Under the pieces are notes generated by a model, which ran no database searches, was not told the origin of the DNA, and was given only the letters and a program-made list of their open reading frames with translations. Shown one piece after another: positions 57,117-64,000 of a stretch of 64,000 bases of DNA (its first letter is position 1; every line of letters begins with the position of its first letter). A program made the position numbers and the translations under genes. Origin of the DNA: a virus (taxonomy: Duplodnaviria; Caudoviricetes); IMG/VR virus record IMGVR_UViG_3300010346_000241, positions 1-64,000 of that record; one strand, 5' to 3'.

Positions 57117-57159
57117 AGTGTTCTCTAATAGTATACAATCGTACCAATTTGGAGGGAGG

Positions 57160-57171
57160 AACATCTTAGTA
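57160..57171 (+). promoter_or_regulatory. AR9-like promoter of the giant ORF
   Basis: AACA-TCTTAG-TA. Confidence 0.7.
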
Positions 57172-57195
57172 ATCTGACAGAAAGGAGGGAACCTT

Positions 57196-60100
57196 ATGCT
57201 CAATAAGGTAGCTCAATATGCTAAGAACGTTGGTAAGTCAGTCATCTATTCTGCTGCTGATGTAGCAGGAGAGATGTTTACCAACCCTAAATCATTCATT
57301 GAAGAGAACAATGAATCCTTAAAGGGCGTGTATAACTCGGTGCGAGACTATCGTACCACTTTTAAACGTGTCAAGGATAGGATTCAGAAGAGCGACGTTT
57401 ATGTAGCTGCTTCTGTAGGTGTAAACTCACTCATAGAAGATATCAAAACAGGCGACTGGTATGCTAAGGATCGTGAAACTAGACTCACTGAGAAGTTTGG
57501 CGGACTTGGTATCGGCGACGACTGGGATATGGATGGAGCTGAGTTCGACTGGGATAAAGAAGGTATGGATGTAAGCGATGGTGACAAGATCATTGCTACA
57601 GCTATCAAGAAGAATACTAAGCTCAATACGATGATGACTACTGATGCTATTGTCACTGTAGGCAAGGCTCAGATAGATGCATCTAGAGAGAATACTACTC
57701 TTCTCTTTATGCAGAACGAAAAGCTCATGGGATCAGTTAACAATGGATTCGAAAGAATCACTAGACTACTTTCTGATTCGGCTAATACCAATATCAAGAA
57801 CCAGCAGAAGACTTGGGAGAAGACTGCCAAGTTCTATGAGAAGATCGAGAAGAACACTAATACTATAGTCGCTCAGCTCGATGAACTGCTTAAGATGCAG
57901 AGAAATCTGTATGAAGACCAGCGTCAGAGTCAGAAGAAGGGGAACAAAACCACTGCCACTAGCGTAGTCAATGCTAATGGTATGCTTAACCTCAGAGATT
58001 ATAAGAATGCCATCAGAAAGAACCTCAGTGACACTATCACTGAAGCTACTGGTCTTTCTATGGATTCGTTTAAACTCGGCGATGGTAATACTCTCGCTCT
58101 CATGTTCGCTAACCCGATGAGAGACCTTACTCAAGGTTTTCTTAAGAAGAACATCAACAAGACCTTCAAAGCTTCAGCAAATAATCTGAATGAGGTTCTG
58201 GGTGGTCTTGCCTATACTCTCTTTGGTCAGTTGAACAACATGAAACTCAATGGTACTGGAATGAATAAACTTATGGGATCCATCTTCGGTATGAAGATGG
58301 ATAGAGAAGGCAACTTCGATACTTCTAAGTACACTAAGGGGCCAGTTCCATTCGACGGTATCACTAAGAAAGCTATCACTGAAGTTATGCCACATCATCT
58401 CGCTAAGATTGCTTCTGCATTGACAGGAGAAGACGAGGAGATCTTCGACTATAACAGTGGTAAGTGGACTACTAAGAGAGCTAAGTATAACGAGATTCTC
58501 AAGAATGAGAAGAATAAAGCTATGTCTGCTATGGGAGACTTCTTCTCTTATATGAAACAGGGTGTTGGAGGAGACTTCAACAAGATCATGAAAAGTAAGC
58601 AAGACGCAGATAAGTTCATCAAGGGACTCACTGCATTTGCTAATGCTTTCTATGAAAACCCAGACTTCAATATGCTTCGTAATCCTAGAGAGTACGGCAT
58701 TGATGAGGATGTAGCTAAGTTCATTCAGAAGAGTTTCCAGGAGACTAAGTATAACTATCGTTACACTAAGAAGAGAGACTGGAGATATGGTAATGGTACA
58801 GCCGTAAAGGACAGAGAACAGCAGAGAATTGCTGGTCTTGATTGGTCTAAGGGCAATCCTATACTGACTAGTAGAGACGATGTAACAGTTGTTCTCGCTA
58901 ATACTATCAAGAGTGTCTTCGAGTCTCGTAAGAGAAATGCAGACAAGAGAAAGGACATAGGAAACAATCCTCTGTCACTTGAACTTCTGTTTGCTTCAGA
59001 GGGTATCGACATCAATAAGAACAGCGGAGAATGGCTCGAACGCTTTAAGAACAAGCACGGTGATTATGATCAGAAGTCTATAATGAACTCACCTACTGCT
59101 AAGGCTATAGCTATGACTGCTGATCAGTACGGTTATACTATCTTCGATTACCTCAAGAATATCAAGCTTGACCTTGCTGGAATCAGAAGCAATGGCCTCT
59201 TCTCTATCGCACTTGGTGGTGGAGATCTTAATGATGCTAATACTTCTAACTCGTCAGAAATGTCATTTGAAGTGAAGGAGAAGTATGATTGGAAACGACT
59301 CCAACACGAAGGCGATAAACGTAAGCGTCATGATGAAGAAGCATTCAAAAGACGTTATGAGGAAGAGCAAGCTAAATGGGAGCAGAACGAAAGATATCGT
59401 AAGTCTGGAGATAAGCGTTATAATAAGAGACTCAGACGTCCTAACAGAGTTGATCTTGATGCTGATAATGTAAGAGGTCAGTTTGGTTCTATCCTCAATG
59501 ACATCACTGAAGAGTTCAAGAGAGATGAAGTTGAGCGTCAGAAGCAAGAGAAAGCTAATCAGAAGGACATGTTCGATGTACTTGAAGAGTGGGGCCTTAT
59601 TTCATCTGATGAAAAGAAAAATGCTCAGGCTGTCAAGTATGATAAGGAGAAAGACCTTAAGGAACAGATGAAGGCTGCTCAGGGTGGTAAGGCTAAGCTC
59701 TTACTTGCTAGAGCATACATGAAGAGTATTGCAGATAAACCTTGGCAGTATGCTACAGATGCTATGGTAAGTACTGAGGCTCTGATTCATGATATCTTCT
59801 TCAAGCATGCTTTCAAGATGAAGAATAACGACGGTGAGACTGTAGAAGAAAAGGGCCTGTTCGGAATGCTCCAGGAGAGCTTCAAGGGCGGATTCGATTC
59901 TCTTACAAATATGATCGGCACTAAGCTCGAGAACTTCTTTACCAAGGAAGATGGATGGTGGCAAAAGAATGTCGTTAAGAAGATCTTTGCTCCAGACAGT
60001 TTCTTTGGTCAGCTTAAGGAAGCTATTATCGGCAAACCTGATGGTGAAGGTTTCAGAACTGGTGGTGTTACTGGTTCTTTATTCGAAGCTCTTAAAAGAA

Positions 60101-63100
60101 ACGCACAAGGTTTAGCAGAAACAGCTAAACGTGATGCTAGATCTCTTACTGGTAAGAAAGATGAAGAAGAGTCTTCTGATACTTCATCAAACTCTTCTGA
60201 AAGTAATTCTAATAACCCAGCAGATTGGCAGGGAGTTAGAACTTTCCTGATTAGTGCATTCAGCTATAACATGTCACTCGACATGAAATATAATTATGCT
60301 GATGAGTACATTGCATGGGCTCAGAAGAAGAGATATAATCCTACTGCTGCTAAGAATCCTAATAATGTAATCAGGTACTTCACCAAGATAAGAAAGCCTG
60401 CATTCGACCAGACTATGTTTAACAGCAATAATAACTCACTCTTCAATGCTGCAAAGCTTGGAGAAGAGAGAAGAGTTGCTGATATTCTGTCTAGTAGAGC
60501 TGAATTCAATCAGACTCATGGAAAGTCTAGAGCTGATAAGAAGAATTATAAGTTCTATACAGAGTGTGAGAATGCTATAAGTGGACTCGGACACCCCGAA
60601 ATGAAGGATGAGTTCATCAAATTCCTCAAGCAGAACAATATCACCAGAGAGTCTATAGCTAAGGAAATCGGTGCTGTTGACTTCAAGAATACTACTCAGA
60701 TCACTGAGTATGCTAAACTTTTTGTCGCTAAGCTTACTGAAACTCATAAAGAGAAGTATGCTATGGAACAGAAGAGACTCTATCGTATAAACAATGTCAT
60801 TTCTGGTAATAGAAGATCAACTAGAGAACTTAAGGCTGAATATACTTCTAATCAAATCAAGGCTAACGAAGAGGCAGCTAAGGCAGCTAAAAGAGAAGCT
60901 GCAGAGAATAGAGTTCATGAGTCTATAGAAAAGGTTATCGGACCTTCACTTCAGAAGATAGTAGAACCTATCAAGAAGATCGCCGATTCACTTACAAGAC
61001 CTATAGGTTCCAATACTCCAGACGAAAATTCTCTGAACCCAATAAGACTCAATTCTAACGGAAGATATAACGCTGGTTATAACGAAAGATTTGGGTCTGG
61101 ACTTCCTGGTTCTGCTTACGGTGGTGTGGCTAAGAGCAACATGACATCTATCCTCTCTCCTGGCGAAATCGTTATGGGACGTGGAGGTTCTGGTGTTGTA
61201 CCTAAGATGGGAGTTTATGGACTCTCTAAGGGTGATGTAGTAATCAACCCTGCATCTCCTTCTAAAGCATCTAGACAGTATGCTGCAGAGCGTAAGTATC
61301 GTAACAAGCTTATGGCTAACGCTACTGTATCTGAAGGGACTGCCACAGATGAAAAGTCTATTAGACAATCTATCCTCGACTTCTTCAACAACGGAGAAAA
61401 GGTAGACGTTGCTACGGATTATCTTGCTAAGGCTGGTATCGGTGGAATTGCTGGTGCACTTCTCGGTATGCCGCTTCTCGGTGCTGGTCTTGGAATAGCT
61501 ACAGGACTTTCAAAGAGATCTAACGGATTTGCTAATGCTATATTCGGCGATCTTGGAGAGAATGGCGAGAGAGCTGATAATGGACTCATCTCCACAGAGC
61601 TTCAAAAGGCATTCCCAAGTATGCGTAAAGGGGCACTCCTGGGAGGAGCACTTAGTCTTGTTACACCGCTTGGACCTCTTGCAGGTATACTCCTCGGAGG
61701 AGCTGCAGGAATCGCTGAGCACGAAGGAATGTTTGATGGTCTTATCTTCGGTGAAGATAGTCTTCTTGGAGATAAGGAGAAGTTCAAGCAGAAACTTCCT
61801 AAGATAGGATTAGGAGCACTTGCTGGTGCTGTCTTCAGTCCTATAGGATTACTGCCTGGTGCATTACTTGGTAGTGCTGCAGGTATGGTAGCATCAACTG
61901 ACAAGTTCAAGGAGTTCATCTTTGGTAAGGAAGTTGATGGAAAGAAACAGGGCGGCGTAGTAGGTACTATTAAGAAAGCCATCAATCCTCTTAAGAACTT
62001 CGGTCAGGATCTTATCGAAAGCACTATGAGTGCAGTATTCGGTGAAAAGGTTCAGGACGAGAATGGTAAAGAGAAACGTGAAGGCGGACTTATGGGAGAA
62101 GTTAAGGATTGGGTAATCAAACCTTTCAAGGAAGGCGCAGAATCCATAGCTCAGTCCTTTAAGAACGTTGCTCAGGATATCAAGGATACATTCGCTGAGA
62201 AGATAGGTCAGCATTTCGAGAATGTATTCGGAGAGAATCTTGCTGCTCGTATAACAGACTTTCTTAGGAATCCTCTTAAGAAGATGATAGGCGGAGCAGT
62301 TAAGGTTGGCGGTACTATAGCACTGTCTCCATTCATGGCTGGAGCTCACATGATTAAGAGTGTGGGTAATAGACTTGAAAGAGGTCGTATACGTAGAGGT
62401 ACTGCTTTCAATAAGTCTGCTGAAGAGAGACTTCAGTATAGAGATCAGCATAAGTTCGGATTTGGCTTTGATGCTGTTATGAGAGGTAGAGGATTCAAGA
62501 ACGCAGAAAGTCTTGAGTTCGATACTAATATAGCAGACGTTGCTAGAGACAGAACTTCTACTCAGATAGGTGATATAGAAGCTCAGCTTGCCGCACTGAC
62601 TACTGGTGATCCATATAGAGATCGCTATAATCAGGCTAAGAATGACTTCTCCAACTCACTTCTTGAGTATATGAATACTGCTGATGCTGGTAGAGTAACT
62701 AAGATGCTCAGATATCCAGCTCCAGATTTCAAGGCTGCTCAGAGGTTTATCAAGAGCAAGGCTAAGGGTAGAGACGGAAGAACTCTTCTCGACAAGGCAG
62801 ATCAAGAGATCATACTTAAGGCTCTCGATCAGTTTAAGAAGGATACTCAGCGTATCATGCAACAGCAGCAAGTGTTCAAGAACACTAGCAAGGAGCAGAT
62901 GCTTGAGAATCTTAAGAAGGCTGGTATAAGCGAGAAGTTCCTTAAGAACAAGAAAGGTCTCGAGAAGCTTAAGAAGAACTTCCATACAGAATACAAATCT
63001 AAATATCATCAGGAAGCAGAAGATGGTATAGCTACACCACAGGGTAAGATCGAGAACAATGTAGCAGTTATCTCTGATCAGATTGCAGATCTCCCTGAGA

Positions 63101-64000
63101 AGATTGGTAAGGCTATATGGGATGCTTACTATCAGTATAAAAATACTGATGAACAGTTCAACGCAGAGAAATCTAAGCGCGATGCTAGCTTCAGAAAAGC
63201 TAAGGCAGACTATGCTAAGGCTAGAGGCTATGCTAACGAAAACATGCTTACCGATTATGAGATTGAAACTATCAAGTCTCAGGTAGGTTATACAGACGAT
63301 GAAGCTCTTCTGAGTAGAATTCGTCACGATAGATCTAAGGTTACTAGCGGATTGGCATCAGCTAGTGGTCTCAGAGGAGACGTTAGTGAAAGATTATCTG
63401 CTATAAGAGAACAAAATCCAGGCATGAGTAATGATGAAATCAGACTTCAAGCTCTGGAGAGTCTCGAAAGAGATCATGATCTCAGAAATGCTTCTGCAGG
63501 TGGAAATGCTAACGCTAGAAACTTCGGCGGATTTAAGCATCAAAACAACTTCCTTGCTCGTAGAGGTATAGGAGTTGCTAAACTTGGTGCTAGAGCTGTC
63601 GGTGTCGTAGGCGCTGTCGGTTCTCATGTACCTCTTGTAGGAGGTCTGTTCAATAAAATCGGTACTGGTGCTAACGCATTGGCTGGATGGCTTGGTGAAA
63701 ACCAGAAGTATTCAGCTAGTCGTAAGGCTAAACAGGGTAATATCGATAAGAGAGGTAACATACTCACTGTTACTGATGATGCATATGTAACTAAGCGTCG
63801 TGGGACTCTTGGAAAGATTGTAACAGAGATGTACGAGAAGTTCAAGAATAGCTACAAGCCTGGACATAAGGGAGTAAAGTATAAGGGTACTGTTTATCCA
63901 TTCACTGTAGATGGCTTTAAGGAGTACGTGAAAGCTGCATTCCCCGAGTTTGAGAAGGAAGGAAGTTTCTCTAAGGAACTTTCTCTCATGCAGAAGAAGA
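57196..64000 (+). CDS. Giant tape-measure/tail-core-like protein (>2260 aa, 3'-truncated by window; absent from ORF track)
   Basis: SD AAAGGAGG, ATG 57196 (MLNKVAQYAKNVGKS); frame appears open to the window end; helical Lys/Glu-rich sequence with Gly-rich hydrophobic segments (GIGGIAGALLGMPLLGAGLG) and a SAYGG...LSPGEIV motif. Confidence 0.75.
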   Translation, partial: MLNKVAQYAKNVGKSVIYSAADVAGEMFTNPKSFIEENNESLKGVYNSVRDYRTTFKRVKDRIQKSDVYVAASVGVNSLIEDIKTGDWYAKDRETRLTEKFGGLGIGDDWDMDGAEFDWDKEGMDVSDGDKIIATAIKKNTKLNTMMTTDAIVTVGKAQIDASRENTTLLFMQNEKLMGSVNNGFERITRLLSDSANTNIKNQQKTWEKTAKFYEKIEKNTNTIVAQLDELLKMQRNLYEDQRQSQKKGNKTTATSVVNANGMLNLRDYKNAIRKNLSDTITEATGLSMDSFKLGDGNTLALMFANPMRDLTQGFLKKNINKTFKASANNLNEVLGGLAYTLFGQLNNMKLNGTGMNKLMGSIFGMKMDREGNFDTSKYTKGPVPFDGITKKAITEVMPHHLAKIASALTGEDEEIFDYNSGKWTTKRAKYNEILKNEKNKAMSAMGDFFSYMKQGVGGDFNKIMKSKQDADKFIKGLTAFANAFYENPDFNMLRNPREYGIDEDVAKFIQKSFQETKYNYRYTKKRDWRYGNGTAVKDREQQRIAGLDWSKGNPILTSRDDVTVVLANTIKSVFESRKRNADKRKDIGNNPLSLELLFASEGIDINKNSGEWLERFKNKHGDYDQKSIMNSPTAKAIAMTADQYGYTIFDYLKNIKLDLAGIRSNGLFSIALGGGDLNDANTSNSSEMSFEVKEKYDWKRLQHEGDKRKRHDEEAFKRRYEEEQAKWEQNERYRKSGDKRYNKRLRRPNRVDLDADNVRGQFGSILNDITEEFKRDEVERQKQEKANQKDMFDVLEEWGLISSDEKKNAQAVKYDKEKDLKEQMKAAQGGKAKLLLARAYMKSIADKPWQYATDAMVSTEALIHDIFFKHAFKMKNNDGETVEEKGLFGMLQESFKGGFDSLTNMIGTKLENFFTKEDGWWQKNVVKKIFAPDSFFGQLKEAIIGKPDGEGFRTGGVTGSLFEALKRNAQGLAETAKRDARSLTGKKDEEESSDTSSNSSESNSNNPADWQGVRTFLISAFSYNMSLDMKYNYADEYIAWAQKKRYNPTAAKNPNNVIRYFTKIRKPAFDQTMFNSNNNSLFNAAKLGEERRVADILSSRAEFNQTHGKSRADKKNYKFYTECENAISGLGHPEMKDEFIKFLKQNNITRESIAKEIGAVDFKNTTQITEYAKLFVAKLTETHKEKYAMEQKRLYRINNVISGNRRSTRELKAEYTSNQIKANEEAAKAAKREAAENRVHESIEKVIGPSLQKIVEPIKKIADSLTRPIGSNTPDENSLNPIRLNSNGRYNAGYNERFGSGLPGSAYGGVAKSNMTSILSPGEIVMGRGGSGVVPKMGVYGLSKGDVVINPASPSKASRQYAAERKYRNKLMANATVSEGTATDEKSIRQSILDFFNNGEKVDVATDYLAKAGIGGIAGALLGMPLLGAGLGIATGLSKRSNGFANAIFGDLGENGERADNGLISTELQKAFPSMRKGALLGGALSLVTPLGPLAGILLGGAAGIAEHEGMFDGLIFGEDSLLGDKEKFKQKLPKIGLGALAGAVFSPIGLLPGALLGSAAGMVASTDKFKEFIFGKEVDGKKQGGVVGTIKKAINPLKNFGQDLIESTMSAVFGEKVQDENGKEKREGGLMGEVKDWVIKPFKEGAESIAQSFKNVAQDIKDTFAEKIGQHFENVFGENLAARITDFLRNPLKKMIGGAVKVGGTIALSPFMAGAHMIKSVGNRLERGRIRRGTAFNKSAEERLQYRDQHKFGFGFDAVMRGRGFKNAESLEFDTNIADVARDRTSTQIGDIEAQLAALTTGDPYRDRYNQAKNDFSNSLLEYMNTADAGRVTKMLRYPAPDFKAAQRFIKSKAKGRDGRTLLDKADQEIILKALDQFKKDTQRIMQQQQVFKNTSKEQMLENLKKAGISEKFLKNKKGLEKLKKNFHTEYKSKYHQEAEDGIATPQGKIENNVAVISDQIADLPEKIGKAIWDAYYQYKNTDEQFNAEKSKRDASFRKAKADYAKARGYANENMLTDYEIETIKSQVGYTDDEALLSRIRHDRSKVTSGLASASGLRGDVSERLSAIREQNPGMSNDEIRLQALESLERDHDLRNASAGGNANARNFGGFKHQNNFLARRGIGVAKLGARAVGVVGAVGSHVPLVGGLFNKIGTGANALAGWLGENQKYSASRKAKQGNIDKRGNILTVTDDAYVTKRRGTLGKIVTEMYEKFKNSYKPGHKGVKYKGTVYPFTVDGFKEYVKAAFPEFEKEGSFSKELSLMQKK

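Noticed and set aside
42690-57144. AATCGTAC as a DNA operator (42690, 57137 and the polymerase leaders)
   Set aside because: Only an 8-mer at inconsistent positions relative to promoters; cannot be separated from chance by eye
57399-63845. Many short ORFs in the track, mostly antisense
   Set aside because: Shadows of the giant plus-strand ORF; the same applies to antisense ORFs over other long genes
1-64000. tRNA/rRNA genes, chimallin or tubulin (phage nucleus) genes
   Set aside because: No recognisable cloverleaf, rRNA or diagnostic motifs; absence from this window says nothing about the rest of the genome

Overview
A 64-kb segment of a large contractile-tailed jumbo phage of the phiKZ/AR9-related type. 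GC is roughly 40% by eye, the code is standard, and strong AAAGGAGG ribosome-binding sites plus an anaerobic ribonucleotide reductase suggest an anaerobic Firmicute host. Recognisable genes: tail fibre/collar proteins, an M15 peptidase lysin, tail sheath and tube, portal, major capsid and inner-head proteins, two multisubunit RNA polymerase beta'-like subunits, an SF2 helicase, a family B DNA polymerase split into two genes 28 kb apart, nrdD interrupted by two group I introns and a mini-intein, and a >2200-codon tape-measure-like ORF (57196 to window end) that is missing from the ORF track. The most interesting signals are non-coding. (1) Two phage promoter classes: TATATTATA plus a stem-loop before accessory/early-type genes and the larger beta' gene, and AR9-like AAC(A/C/T)-N6-TA before structural and replication genes, with an AACC variant at DNA-metabolism genes. 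(2) A 44-bp element (promoter plus leader hairpin) shared almost identically by the two split-polymerase genes. (3) A candidate ~140-nt structured sRNA whose unpaired linker is complementary to the translation starts of the RNAP beta', polymerase and an early gene. (4) A tandem array of diverged beta-helix-like paralogues separated by repeated terminator-promoter-RBS modules, including an empty cassette and a copy frameshifted at simple repeats. All calls come from reading motifs by eye; no database searches were run.
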